Source: Pseudomonadota bacterium (lineage in GTDB: Bacteria > Desulfobacterota > Desulfovibrionia > Desulfovibrionales > Desulfovibrionaceae). From it: a stretch of DNA of 64,000 nucleotides. The stretch is taken from the NCBI GenBank assembly GCA_023435825.1, contig JAEZMB010000139.1, positions 4,433 to 68,432 of the forward strand, read 5' to 3'. Of this stretch, positions 31,924 through 42,826 are shown piece after piece (the stretch's first letter is position 1; every line of letters starts with the position of its first letter). The translations under genes were made by a program, and so were the position numbers. The notes beneath the pieces were generated by a model that was given only the letters and a program-made list of their open reading frames with translations, ran no database searches and had not been told where the DNA came from.

Positions 31924-32000
31924 CGCGGGGTGGAGCAGACCGGTAGCTCATCGGGCTCATAACCCGAAGACCGTGGGTTCAAATCCCACCCCCGCAACCA
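31924..32000 (+). tRNA. Initiator tRNA-Met (CAT)
   Basis: Cloverleaf, CAT anticodon, C1:A72 mismatch, GGG/CCC anticodon stem, encoded CCA. Confidence 0.97.
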
Positions 32001-32015
32001 GGAAGTCCAAGGGCT
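31992..32015 (+). repeat. att direct repeat, left copy
   Basis: ccgcaaccaggaagtccaagggct, identical to 46214-46237. Confidence 0.9.
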
Positions 32016-32047
32016 TACAGCAAAAACGCTGTAGGCCCTTTTTCTTT
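32009..32047 (+). terminator. tRNA terminator
   Basis: aagggcttacagc-aaaaac-gctgtaggccctt-tttcttt. Confidence 0.8.
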
Positions 32048-32723
32048 CCCCCACACTATCCCCCACAGCTACGATCAAAACAGGCCAAAGCCCATATTAA
32101 TGATAAGGCAGGCAAAACCCGGCAATGCAAGCACCCGCTGTCTGTGCGGGGGGGGCCGGGACAGCCCATCCCTTGGCCACCCTCCCCTCCTTGGCGGGAA
32201 CCGGTTTGTGGGGGACGGGCCAAGTTCCCCCATGGGCCGCCCCACCCTCTCTCATGGCCTCACTCCGCCAGCCCACGGCGCAAAAACGTATTCAGCCTGC
32301 CCAGTTCCAGACTGGGAGTCTGGTTACTCCCGCCTCACATCGCCTACTTGACTCAGCATCGCACAAGCCTCCTCCCGCTTCTTCCCAGCCCCTCCCCTTA
32401 GTGGGCTCCAACACTTTGAAGGGGCCAGCGCTCCCCGCGCTCGAGTGTGCGCCAGCCAAAATCGGTTGACTGATAACTCGCCAACGCTTTACACGACGTA
32501 AATAAATAGCCAGACATTGCGGTATCGCCAACGGCGAACTGACGCCGGGTTGTGGTGGATATTTTAACCCTACATTTGCTACCATATAATACCCTAGATC
32601 AAGGGTAGGAAATACCCCCTGAGTCAACCAAGGGATGATATCTAGCGCATTGAGGGTAAATAGTTGGATCAAACCTTTCAAAGAAGCTGCAACTACCATT
32701 TTATAACGAAAAGGAAATACTAA

Positions 32724-35700
32724 ATGAACTCTATAAACGACGCAATACCCGCACTATCCATCAAATGCGCTTTTGTCTTTAAAGTATCATTTGCCTTGCA
32801 TCAGAACTCAATCCCAATCCTGCTAGAACTTTCCGTCGAGAATTCCACCGACAACGCATGGGAAGATGCAACCTTAATTCTCCAGTCTTTCCCTCCTTTT
32901 TTTCGATCCCGAAGCTGGCAGATCAGCAAGATAAATCCACAGCAAAGCTTCACGATCAGAGACCTAGATCTACAACTGGACGGCGGCCAACTATTCCGGC
33001 TCACCGAGGCCGAGAAAGGCCAGATCGTTTTCGAGCTGCGACAGGGAGAATCGGTCCTGTGCCGATTGGAGCAGCCGGTGGAACTGCTCGCCCGAAACCA
33101 GTGGGGTGGATTGAGCCAGTACCCCGAGTTGGCTGCAGCCTTCATACGGCCCAACGATCCAGCCGTGGACCGGGTGCTCAAAAAAGCTGCCGGTATTCTC
33201 CATCAGGGGGGAAAGACGTCCTCCCTGGAGGGGTACGCAAAAGGCGGTAAACTCCGGGTGTGGGAGATCATGGCCGCCATCTGGCAGGCGGTCTGCTCGC
33301 TCGGCCTGGACTATGCTCTCCCGCCGGTCGGATTTGAACAGAACGGGCAGAAGGTTCGCTCCCCTGAGCAGATCCTCCAAAATGGTCTGGCCACCTGTCT
33401 GGATTTGACCTTCCTTTTCGCATCGTGTCTTGAGCAATGCCAACTGCATCCGCTTGTCATTTTTATTGAAGGACACGCCTTTACCGGTGCATGGCTCGTG
33501 CCGGAAGTCTTTTCCACTACCACCATTGATGATGTGACGGCATTGCGTAAGCGCTTGCAGCTTCAAGAAATCATCCTTTTTGAACCGACCCTGGCCGTGC
33601 GAAGCCAACAAGAGCCTGCGAAATTCAAATGGTCCTGCGAGGTTGGATCGCGCCAAGTGTCCGAGGAAGAACAGCGTCCCTTTCAGTTGGCTCTCGATGT
33701 TCGACGGGCACGTATGGAACGCATACTCCCCTTGGCCAGCGAGGAAAGCTTCGTCCCGGTGGAGCGGTCCGAGGCCACGCCATCACAGACGTCTGAGCTA
33801 CCGGATTTTGAGGACGCCCCGGATCTGGTGGAAGTTGAGACCCAAGCCCAGGATTCGACGCTCCCACGGCCCCACGACCGTCTCGGACAATGGCAACGCA
33901 AGCTGCTCGACCTCTCTCTGCGCAACAACCTCCTCAATTTCCGCGCCAGCAAACGCGTCGTAGAGCTCATAGTTCCAGACCCCGGCCTTCTGGAGGACAT
34001 GCTGGCCGATGGGAAGCGTTTCAAACTGCGACCAGGCATCTTGATGCAGGGAGCTGATCCACGCGACGCAGCCATACATCAAGCTCGTCATCGGGAAGAA
34101 ATAGACAGGGAGCACGCGCTGGCGGCTCTAGGCAAGGGAGAGCTCTTTACGCACCTCTCCGAGGAGGAGATGGAGCGCCGACTGGTGGAGCTTTTCCGCG
34201 CCTCCCGTCTCGCGCTGCAGGAGGGAGGCGCCAATACGCTGTACCTCGTACTGGGCTTTCTGATCTGGACCCAAGGAGGAAAGGAAGAGCGACGTCTGCG
34301 CGCGCCGTTAATACTGATCCCGGTTACGTTAACCCGCCAGGCAGTGCGCTCGGGCTTCTCCCTCATGGTTCATGAAGACGAACCTCGATTCAACCTGACG
34401 TTACTGGAGATGCTGCGCCAGGACTTCCGCTTGCATCTGCCGGCCCTTGAGGGGGAGTTGCCCCGGGACGATTCCGGGCTGGATGTGGCTGCCATCTGGC
34501 GCACCATGGCCACGGCGATAAAAGACATGCCCGGATGGGAGGTGGCCGAGGAAGTATGCCTGGGGCAGTTTTCCTTTGCCAAGTACCTTATGTGGAAGGA
34601 TTTGGCCGAGCACACCGCAGACCTCAAGCAAAACCCGGTGGTGCGCCACCTGATCGACACCCCCACCCAAGCCTATGCCGATCGGGCTGCCTTCGTGGCT
34701 CCCGAGCAACTGGACAACCATCTGCATCCTTCCCGAACGTATTGCCCCTTGCCGGCGGACTCCTCCCAGCTCGCTGCAGTCCTGACCGCAGCACAGGGCC
34801 ATGATTTCGTTTTGGAAGGCCCTCCTGGAACCGGGAAAAGTCAGACCATAGCAAATCTCATCGCCCAATGCCTGGCCATGAACAAGACCGTGCTGTTCGT
34901 TGCCGAAAAAACTGCCGCCCTGGACGTTGTCTATCGCCGACTCAGGGAAGTCGGGCTGGGTGAATTTTGCCTGGAACTCCATTCCCACAAAGCCAACAAG
35001 CTGGAAGTCCTCAAGCAGCTTAAAATATCTTGGGACGCCCGGATTTGCGGCGACTGGACGGCCTGGGAGCAGGAAAGCGCCCGGATGGGTTCTCTGCGCG
35101 ACCAACTTAATGCTTTGGTCAGCACGATCCATCATCGCTGGCCAAACGGCCTGAGCGTCTTTGCCGCCATCAGCAAGACACTGGCCTGTCGGGACACGGC
35201 TACGCTCCCGCTACAATGGCCAGCACCGGGAACGCACGACAAAGCAGGCCTGGATGCCTTGCTGGACATTGCCACCCGTCTTGGCATCAATGCCAATCAG
35301 GTGGCGGGCGCGTCCCAAGAGAGCCTGACCCTAGTCACGGCCACGGAATGGTCGCCTGGCTGGGAGCATTCCCTGACGACAACTCTGCGCGAGACGATCC
35401 CAGTCTGCGAGGAGATCGAGAGCGCCGCCAAGTCCTTTTTTTCCACGACAGGCCTGCCCGAGGTCGTCTTGTCGGACAGCTCGCGCCAATCCCTGGCTTC
35501 CTTGGCCGTCCTCTTGCCGGAGACAGCAGGTCGTGATTGGAGCTTTCTGCTACGCCAGGAAGGCCCTGATCTTCTCGCCCGACTCGGCGAAGGCCAAGCT
35601 CTGGCGGCCAGCCGCCAAGCGCTTCTGGCCGAATTCCTCAAACAGGAAACAGGCAGGACCGACCTGCACGTTCCGGACACTAAAGGCTCCGTGCCCTGGC

Positions 35701-38700
35701 CCGAACTGGAGGAGGCAGTCAGGCGCATAGAAGGACGCCTGTCCCAGGAGTTGGCGCGTGCCGCAGGGAACATGCCGCCAGGTCTTGCTGTGTCTGGAGA
35801 CGAAACCACGCCCTCTGGTCTTGAGCTCCTGCGCGATACGCTTGCTTCCCTGGCGGCAACGACCAAGAGCACGGCCCAGAACACCCTGGCCCGACTGCGT
35901 GAGGGCCAGGCCTTGGAAACGAAGCGCCAACAATTGTGGGAGCAACTGTCCCGCGACTACCTTCCAGATGCCTTGGCCCTCGATCTGGAGGGGCTGCGGC
36001 AGATATGGCAACAGGCCGCAACCGCGTGGTGGCCCAAAAACGCCCTAGGCCGCGGCAAGGTCGGCAAGGCCCTGCGCGCCGTGGCCAAGGCTGAACGCTC
36101 CGAAGCGCCTGACGACGCCCAGGATCTGGACCTGCTCCTTGGCGTCCGGGAACTGGACGTCAAGCTTGCCGCCTATAGCGATCTCAAAGATGCGGGCACG
36201 GACACATGGCCCTGGGCCGAGCGGCAGGCCACGTGCCAGGCTGCCTTCGACAGTCTTTGGCAACGCCTGACCCAAGCGGCTGCCTCGTTTAATCAGCTGG
36301 CCAAGATTCAGGCTTTGGACGCGAAACTCATGCCGTTTGCGGAGTTGGGAGCCTTGACGGCCGGACTCTGGAATGGATTGGAAACCAAGGCCGAGAGCAT
36401 CACTCTGGGTGGAAAACTCAGCGACGGCTTCAGACAGGGCCTAACCAGCCTATACGAGCGCCCCGAAACGCTCAAAGCCGGCCTGGAGGCGCTTCGACTC
36501 CTTATCGGGGAAAACAACCTCCTGCTCTCCCCTGCCGGCGCGGCAGCACGGGCCGCAGCCGATTTCACGGCCGCCGACACCCGGTTGCGCGAGACCTTAG
36601 CCACCCTGGAAGAGCTGCTTGGCAACGCCACGACCGGTACGCGCCGTCTCCAGACCATGACGCCATCCCAAATTGCCTCCTGTTGTCAGGCTATCTTGGC
36701 CCGCCCCCAGTTGTTGCGCCACTGGTGCGCCTGGAACCGGGTCGTGGACGAAGCGCATGCCCACGGCTTGGGCGTCCTGGCGCAAGCCCTGGGGCAGGGA
36801 ACCATCACCGGCAATCAGGCCAGAGAAGCCTTGGCCGTCAACTATTGCCGCTGGTGGCTGCGGGCTGTAGTCGACGGAGATGCGTTGCTGCGGCGCTTCG
36901 TCTCGGTCGAGCACGAACAAGCCATCGAAGACTTCCGCCATCTGGACCAGGTTCTTGCCAACCTGGCTCGGGACTGCATCCGGGCCATCGTGCGCAAGGA
37001 CGTACCCGAGGCCGAAACCCCGCATATTTCGGCGGAATGGGGCGTCTTGCGCCGCGAGATGGAAAAGAAACGTCGGCACCTGCCCTTGCGCCAGCTTCTG
37101 GAAAAATTGCCCACCGCCCTGCCCAGGCTGACCCCCTGTCTGCTCATGAGCCCCTTGTCCATCGCCCAGTACCTGCCGCCGGGCCGGGCTTTATTCGATC
37201 TGGTGGTCTTTGACGAAGCCAGCCAGATTCCGGTCTGGGACGCCATCGGCGCCATGGCCCGCGGTCAACGCGTCGTGGTCGTTGGCGATCCCAAGCAGTT
37301 GCCGCCCACCAACTTCTTCAACCGGGCTGAGGACGAGGAAGCCGACGACGAAGTGGAGATCGGCGGAGACATGGAGAGCATCCTCAACGAGTGCTTAAGC
37401 GCCGGCCTGCCCTGCCAGCGACTTACCTGGCACTATCGCAGCCGCCACGAGAGCCTTATCGCCTTTTCCAATAACCGCTATTACGGGGGCGACCTCGTGA
37501 CCTTCCCTTCCCCGGTGACCGACGACCGGGCCGTGTCCTTGCATCTGGTGGAAGGCGGTCGTTATGGCAAGAGCGGCAGTCGCACGAATCAAGCCGAAGC
37601 CAAGGCGGTGGTGGCCGACATCGTGCGCCACCTCAAAGATCCGGCCTTTGTGGAGAGCGGCAAATCCATCGGTGTAGTGACCTTCAATTCGCAGCAGCAA
37701 AAACTGATCGAAGATCTCCTGGACGAGGAGCGTCGCCGCGACTTCGGGCTGGAGCGTTTTTTCTCCGACGCCCTGACCGAACCGGTCTTCGTCAAAAATC
37801 TCGAGAATGTTCAGGGCGACGAGCGCGATCTGATCTATTTCTCTATTACGTACGGCCCGGACCTGGCCGGTCATGTATCCATGAACTTCGGCCCGCTTAA
37901 CAAGGATGGCGGCGAACGGCGTCTCAACGTGGCCGTCACCCGGGCAAAATATGGACTCCGCATTTTCACGAGCCTTCTGCCGGACCAAATCGACCTGACC
38001 CGCACCAAGTCCAAGGGCGTGGCCGATCTCAAGCTGTTCCTCGACTATGCCCAACGCGGCATCAAAGCCCTGAGTGAGGAAACGACCGCCCCCAGAGGGG
38101 ATTTCGATTCGCCTTTCGAAGAAATCGTGGCTGCGGCCTTGTCGCGTCGGGGATGGACTGTCCATCCCCAGATCGGAGTTTCGGTGTTTCGTGTGGATCT
38201 CGGCGTTGTCGATCCAGACCGGCCCGGCCGGTATCTGGCCGGCGTGGAATGCGACGGCGCGACCTATCACCGAGCCGCCACGGCCCGGGACCGAGACTGG
38301 CTGCGAGAGCAGGTGTTGCGAACGCTTGGCTGGCAGATCGTGCGCACGTGGTCCACGGACTGGTGGCACGATGCCGAGTCGTCGGCAAACACCCTCGACG
38401 CCAAACTGCGTAAGGTGTTGGTGCATTCTCAGTTGGAACGGGCGAAGATTAATGAGGAGAACGCCCGGCAAGAGGCTGCCTGTCAAGAACTGCCACAGGA
38501 AGAATCGGACGGATCGCCGACACTGCTGGCAGACGAGGAAACAACTTCGCCCCATGGTTCTGATTCTACAGCCGATCCCACCATCGAGGGTTCGCAGCGT
38601 ATCACCGAAGAAGCCTATGCTCAGCGTAGCGAGACGCCCGATTCGGACAGCATTCCCATGCCCGACAAACCCGTTTGCCAGGATCTCCTGTCCGATGGAC

Positions 38701-39143
38701 AGGAAGGGGCTCTGGCTGCCGCCATCCGGGAAATTGTGGCGACAGAAGGCCCAATCCGGAGTGACGTTCTGGCCAGGCGCATCGCCAAGCGGTGTGGATT
38801 GTATAAAGCCGGAAGCAGAATTCGGGAAAAAGTTATACAGGTCGCTTCCTTGGAATTTACGGCCGTTGAGGAAGACGGTGGAAGCTTTTTTTGGCCAAGA
38901 GGGTCCATTCCTGGCCAGTGGGAGCAATTCCGTGCCGAGGTAAACGGCGAGTCGCGGCAGGCGGACGAAATCAGCCTTGCTGAACTCGCCGCGCTGGCTC
39001 GGGCAGTCGCCACGTCCCTTGCCCCGTCTGAAGACCCGGTAACAGTAATGGCACGAACCATGGGCTTGCAGCGTCTTCGTGCCGCCACCAGAATCAGACT
39101 CCAAGAGGCTTGGGAAACAAGAGCAGAGACTCCTGGCCAATAG
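32724..39143 (+). CDS. DUF4011 / SF1 helicase / Vsr-like nuclease / DUF3320 protein (Hhe-type putative anti-phage protein)
   Basis: W..KLLDLSLRNNLLNF, GPPGTGKS, DEASQ, GDPKQLPP, HYRS, QGDERD, RLNVAVTRA, DSPFE...VECDGATYH...WSTDW. Confidence 0.85.
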   Translation: MNSINDAIPALSIKCAFVFKVSFALHQNSIPILLELSVENSTDNAWEDATLILQSFPPFFRSRSWQISKINPQQSFTIRDLDLQLDGGQLFRLTEAEKGQIVFELRQGESVLCRLEQPVELLARNQWGGLSQYPELAAAFIRPNDPAVDRVLKKAAGILHQGGKTSSLEGYAKGGKLRVWEIMAAIWQAVCSLGLDYALPPVGFEQNGQKVRSPEQILQNGLATCLDLTFLFASCLEQCQLHPLVIFIEGHAFTGAWLVPEVFSTTTIDDVTALRKRLQLQEIILFEPTLAVRSQQEPAKFKWSCEVGSRQVSEEEQRPFQLALDVRRARMERILPLASEESFVPVERSEATPSQTSELPDFEDAPDLVEVETQAQDSTLPRPHDRLGQWQRKLLDLSLRNNLLNFRASKRVVELIVPDPGLLEDMLADGKRFKLRPGILMQGADPRDAAIHQARHREEIDREHALAALGKGELFTHLSEEEMERRLVELFRASRLALQEGGANTLYLVLGFLIWTQGGKEERRLRAPLILIPVTLTRQAVRSGFSLMVHEDEPRFNLTLLEMLRQDFRLHLPALEGELPRDDSGLDVAAIWRTMATAIKDMPGWEVAEEVCLGQFSFAKYLMWKDLAEHTADLKQNPVVRHLIDTPTQAYADRAAFVAPEQLDNHLHPSRTYCPLPADSSQLAAVLTAAQGHDFVLEGPPGTGKSQTIANLIAQCLAMNKTVLFVAEKTAALDVVYRRLREVGLGEFCLELHSHKANKLEVLKQLKISWDARICGDWTAWEQESARMGSLRDQLNALVSTIHHRWPNGLSVFAAISKTLACRDTATLPLQWPAPGTHDKAGLDALLDIATRLGINANQVAGASQESLTLVTATEWSPGWEHSLTTTLRETIPVCEEIESAAKSFFSTTGLPEVVLSDSSRQSLASLAVLLPETAGRDWSFLLRQEGPDLLARLGEGQALAASRQALLAEFLKQETGRTDLHVPDTKGSVPWPELEEAVRRIEGRLSQELARAAGNMPPGLAVSGDETTPSGLELLRDTLASLAATTKSTAQNTLARLREGQALETKRQQLWEQLSRDYLPDALALDLEGLRQIWQQAATAWWPKNALGRGKVGKALRAVAKAERSEAPDDAQDLDLLLGVRELDVKLAAYSDLKDAGTDTWPWAERQATCQAAFDSLWQRLTQAAASFNQLAKIQALDAKLMPFAELGALTAGLWNGLETKAESITLGGKLSDGFRQGLTSLYERPETLKAGLEALRLLIGENNLLLSPAGAAARAAADFTAADTRLRETLATLEELLGNATTGTRRLQTMTPSQIASCCQAILARPQLLRHWCAWNRVVDEAHAHGLGVLAQALGQGTITGNQAREALAVNYCRWWLRAVVDGDALLRRFVSVEHEQAIEDFRHLDQVLANLARDCIRAIVRKDVPEAETPHISAEWGVLRREMEKKRRHLPLRQLLEKLPTALPRLTPCLLMSPLSIAQYLPPGRALFDLVVFDEASQIPVWDAIGAMARGQRVVVVGDPKQLPPTNFFNRAEDEEADDEVEIGGDMESILNECLSAGLPCQRLTWHYRSRHESLIAFSNNRYYGGDLVTFPSPVTDDRAVSLHLVEGGRYGKSGSRTNQAEAKAVVADIVRHLKDPAFVESGKSIGVVTFNSQQQKLIEDLLDEERRRDFGLERFFSDALTEPVFVKNLENVQGDERDLIYFSITYGPDLAGHVSMNFGPLNKDGGERRLNVAVTRAKYGLRIFTSLLPDQIDLTRTKSKGVADLKLFLDYAQRGIKALSEETTAPRGDFDSPFEEIVAAALSRRGWTVHPQIGVSVFRVDLGVVDPDRPGRYLAGVECDGATYHRAATARDRDWLREQVLRTLGWQIVRTWSTDWWHDAESSANTLDAKLRKVLVHSQLERAKINEENARQEAACQELPQEESDGSPTLLADEETTSPHGSDSTADPTIEGSQRITEEAYAQRSETPDSDSIPMPDKPVCQDLLSDGQEGALAAAIREIVATEGPIRSDVLARRIAKRCGLYKAGSRIREKVIQVASLEFTAVEEDGGSFFWPRGSIPGQWEQFRAEVNGESRQADEISLAELAALARAVATSLAPSEDPVTVMARTMGLQRLRAATRIRLQEAWETRAETPGQ

Positions 39144-39440
39144 TCTATTGCAAGACGGCGTAAAGGTTATCTTGGCGAGAAAAGCGAACCAAACGGTCAG
39201 CGACATCGCCCGAGATGGCAGCGCAAAATGGAGTTCTCATCCTGCGGAGTTAGACAACCGACCAACAGCATAGATTTTATCGGTGCGAAATGCTGCCAAC
39301 ATACACACTCAAGAGCCTGACAAAACAAAAGCTATTGATCAAGTCGAGGATTTCCCGACGCGATTACGAGACGAAGCTTACACAAAGAATCAAGGAATAA
39401 GTGGAACTATATGCCATATATGCACACAAGCCTTCGCAAA

Positions 39441-41045
39441 TCAATTGTTTTGCAATGTCTGGAGCATGACTCGCCTGAGTTCTTGCATTTCTACTGGCTT
39501 TGAAATAGAGGCATTCATGCCCGCATCAATGAATTCGTCTTTTTCTTTTGGCATGGCGTAAGCCGTCATGGCAACAATAGGTATATTCTTTTTCGATTCG
39601 CCACTTGCTCCGCAACGAATAGCCTTTGTCGCTTCTACGCCATTCATATTTGGCATTTGAATATCCATGAGAATTAGATCGAAATGTTCTTCTGCAAGCA
39701 TATGGAGTGCTGATTGGCCATCTTTGACAAACTTTGTGCGGCAACCCATCTTTTCAAGCATCTTTATGGCAAATAACAGATTGTCCTCGTCATCCTCTGC
39801 AAGGAGTACTTTTACTGCGCAGACACCTCGGGAGAAATCCGCCTCGTGTTTCTGAGTTGCCAGTGCGGCATCTGGCTGCCTTAAGGGTAAGCAGAGATAG
39901 GCGGTTGTTCCCTCACCCTCAATGCTGTCGATATCAAGTGCTCCGCCAAGCAGCGAAACGAGTCGGCGTACAATGGCTAGTCCCAGTCCAGCGCCCTGAA
40001 AACGGCGGGTATAAGCACCCTCGGCCTGATTGAAAGGTTCGAAAATTGTTTTGAGCAAGTGAAACGGAATGCCGATACCAGTGTCGCTTATCGCAAACAG
40101 TGCGCGCAGGCTGCCGTCGTCCCGGACGTGCAGGGGCGTAGCAGTGACAGTCACTTGGCCGCTTTCGGTAAATTTCAGGGCATTCCCTACCAGATTAAAC
40201 AGAATTTGGCGCAGGCGCATTTCATCGCCCACCACCGATAGAGGCATGCTCGCATCAATGTGAAAGTCGAGGCTGAGCCCCTTGCTTCGGGCAAGCTGAG
40301 AAAATGTGTCGATGACGGCGTCCTTCTGACTGACCAGGGTAAACGTCGTCTCCACAATGGACAGCTTCCCGGCTTCGACCTGCGACAGGTCGAGAATGTC
40401 GGACAGCAAGCGCGTGAGCCGATGGGAGGACTTGACGGCATTGGCGATGTACTCGTCCTGTTCTGCATCGGTTGTGGTGGTTTGCAGGAGCTGGAGCATG
40501 CCGAGAATGCCATTGAGGGGCGTGCGTATTTCGTGACTCATATTCGCGAGGAACTCGCTTTTGCTTCTGCTGGCGGCTTTGGCTTCCTCCATGGCCGTTT
40601 GCAACTGGGCCGTTCGCTCCCGGACGCGCTCCTCCAGTTCCGTTTCCGTCCTTTTTTTGTGGATGGCGTAACGGATGGAGCGCTCAAGAATGTGAGCATT
40701 GAGCATGGACTTGGACAGATAATCCGTGGCCCCTGCTTCCATGGCCTTGATGTCGACTTCGCGGTCGCCCTGACCCGTGAGGAAGATGGCCGGAGCCGTT
40801 AGTCCACGGCGGGCAAATTCCTTCAGCAGTTCCAGGCCGGAGCGTGCGCCTAATTGGTAATCCACGAAGCAGACGTCGAAATGTTCCGTCTCCAGGGAGG
40901 CCAGCGCTTCGTCGTAACCGGGAGACCATTTGACTGAGTAAGCCCGTCCCGGAATCTTGGCAAACTGCGCTGCAGCGATGAGGAAATCCTCCTCGTCGTC
41001 GTCAATGACCAAAATATTGAGGGGCTCAGTCATGGGCATGTCCAT
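39441..41045 (-). CDS. Hybrid REC-histidine kinase-REC protein
   Basis: N-terminal REC (IDDD, VDYQL), [24 protein letters not shown]-terminal REC (MDIQMP, KP). Confidence 0.93.
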   Translation of the reverse strand: MDMPMTEPLNILVIDDDEEDFLIAAAQFAKIPGRAYSVKWSPGYDEALASLETEHFDVCFVDYQLGARSGLELLKEFARRGLTAPAIFLTGQGDREVDIKAMEAGATDYLSKSMLNAHILERSIRYAIHKKRTETELEERVRERTAQLQTAMEEAKAASRSKSEFLANMSHEIRTPLNGILGMLQLLQTTTTDAEQDEYIANAVKSSHRLTRLLSDILDLSQVEAGKLSIVETTFTLVSQKDAVIDTFSQLARSKGLSLDFHIDASMPLSVVGDEMRLRQILFNLVGNALKFTESGQVTVTATPLHVRDDGSLRALFAISDTGIGIPFHLLKTIFEPFNQAEGAYTRRFQGAGLGLAIVRRLVSLLGGALDIDSIEGEGTTAYLCLPLRQPDAALATQKHEADFSRGVCAVKVLLAEDDEDNLLFAIKMLEKMGCRTKFVKDGQSALHMLAEEHFDLILMDIQMPNMNGVEATKAIRCGASGESKKNIPIVAMTAYAMPKEKDEFIDAGMNASISKPVEMQELRRVMLQTLQNN

Positions 41046-42813
41046 TCCCGCATTGTTGCTGGTGCAGGGGGATGGTCAGGATAAAGGTCGCGCCGAAGCC
41101 CGGCCGGCTTTCGGCCGTTGCCGTTCCCCCATGGCGTTCGACGCTTTTCTTGACAATGGCCAAGCCGATGCCCGTACCGGGAAATCTGCTGCGGCCGTGC
41201 AGCCGCTGAAACGGCTGGAAGATTCTGTCCAGGTACTGCTCCTCGAAGCCGATGCCGTTGTCCGCGATGGTGATCTTGGCCCATTCTTGGCCATTTTGAA
41301 CGAAGACCGCGCCGTCCACGGCAATACGTGGCGGAGCTTCGCCGTGAAACTTGAGGGCATTGGAAAAGATATTCTGGAAGGTACGGCGGATCTGCGACGC
41401 ATCGACCTCGGCTGAGGGCAGGGCCGCCACCGTGATTTCTCCCCTGGATTCCTTGAACGTCGCCTCGAGGTCGGCGGCGGCTTCCCGGGCAAGCTGGCTG
41501 AGATCCGTGGGGACGAAGGGGTTGGGGCGGGTGGTGATGCGGGAATACTCCAGCAAATCGAGGATGAGGGTGTTCATCCGGTCGACGGCGCTTTCCATCC
41601 GGCGAAGGTAGTCCTGGCCCGTTGCGCCGAGCTGTTCGGCGTTGTCTTCGCGTAGCCGCTCTCCAAAGGATTTGATCTTGCGCAACGGCTCCTGCAGATC
41701 ATGGGAGGCCACGGCCGCGAAATCTTCCAGTTCGTGGTTGCTGCGCTCCAGGTTGGCGGTGCGCTCCATGAGCAGACCTGAGGCCTCCTCCAGCGCCTTG
41801 CCCACCGCATCCGTCTCCTCGAGGCCGTACTCGCCGGGAGGGACAGCTTGCCCGGCAGCCAGTTCCCGAGCCGGGGGGATCAGAGCCCAGATAGAGCGGG
41901 ATATGCTGCGGCCGATGTACACGGCGAGAACCACGCCGGCGACGGAGAGCATGGTCGTGCCGACCACGGCCCACAAGAGCCAGTTGCGCAGTTCTATCCA
42001 AACAACGGACTTGGGCACGTGGAGGACCACCGCCCAGTCGGTCATGGCGGAACGGCTTAGGCAGGCCAGGGAGGGGACCTTCTCCAGGTTGAGAAATTCC
42101 TGGACGTAGTCCCCGGGGCCCGGGTTTCCAAGGAGGGGTGGTATTTGCTTGCCCACATACTGCTGTGGGGCCAGAGTGCGGTAGATGACCTTCCGATCCC
42201 GGTCCATGAGCAGGCCAACCCAACCCGAGGGAAGTGGGTAGCGCTGTAGGATGGCCACAATGCGGTCCGTGGGCAAGGTCATGCCCAGATCGTAACGGAC
42301 CTGCCCGTCGCGGATGACGGGGACGTCCACACTGATGAGAAAACGTCCGCTGATAGCCCCTTGGAACAGACCGCTGACGTCCGGTTCGCCTTGTTCGAAC
42401 ACACGGCGCACAATGGCGAGGGCATTGCGCTTCGGCAGGGGCGTGCCGGGAGAGCGGTAGGAATTGACGAGTTGTTGGCCCGTCGCATCCGCCAGGAGGA
42501 TGTCCGCTCCGGGATAATTTTGCAGAAAGAGTTTGGCTTGGTGGTAGAAAGCGCCATAATCCCCCGCATCCAGGGCGGGAGCGGTCGCCAGCGCCAGCAG
42601 CGCGGCCTGGGTGATCTCGATCTCCCGGTCCACAATTCTCATCTGGTTCCGGGCATACTCCAACAATTGCGCTTCGACGTTTTGTTTTTTCTCCTGGTAT
42701 ACGCGATAGACAAGAGAACCTGCGGCTACCCAGACGGGCACGACGCAGGCGAGCACCAGGCAGGCGAGCCTGAATCGAATGAACCGCCAGTGTCGCAGGG
42801 AGGCCAAAAGCAT
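41026..42813 (-). CDS. Membrane Cache-type sensor histidine kinase
   Basis: Two TM, periplasmic Cache-like region, [10 protein letters not shown]-box, DNGIG, GTGIGL. Confidence 0.9.
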   Translation of the reverse strand: MLLASLRHWRFIRFRLACLVLACVVPVWVAAGSLVYRVYQEKKQNVEAQLLEYARNQMRIVDREIEITQAALLALATAPALDAGDYGAFYHQAKLFLQNYPGADILLADATGQQLVNSYRSPGTPLPKRNALAIVRRVFEQGEPDVSGLFQGAISGRFLISVDVPVIRDGQVRYDLGMTLPTDRIVAILQRYPLPSGWVGLLMDRDRKVIYRTLAPQQYVGKQIPPLLGNPGPGDYVQEFLNLEKVPSLACLSRSAMTDWAVVLHVPKSVVWIELRNWLLWAVVGTTMLSVAGVVLAVYIGRSISRSIWALIPPARELAAGQAVPPGEYGLEETDAVGKALEEASGLLMERTANLERSNHELEDFAAVASHDLQEPLRKIKSFGERLREDNAEQLGATGQDYLRRMESAVDRMNTLILDLLEYSRITTRPNPFVPTDLSQLAREAAADLEATFKESRGEITVAALPSAEVDASQIRRTFQNIFSNALKFHGEAPPRIAVDGAVFVQNGQEWAKITIADNGIGFEEQYLDRIFQPFQRLHGRSRFPGTGIGLAIVKKSVERHGGTATAESRPGFGATFILTIPLHQQQCGNGHAHD

Positions 42814-42826
42814 CGCCGCAATCCCC

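Noticed and set aside
32292..32710. 135-aa minus-strand ORF or integrase remnant at island left end
   Set aside because: No tyrosine or serine recombinase motifs; may be a gene fragment but cannot be supported
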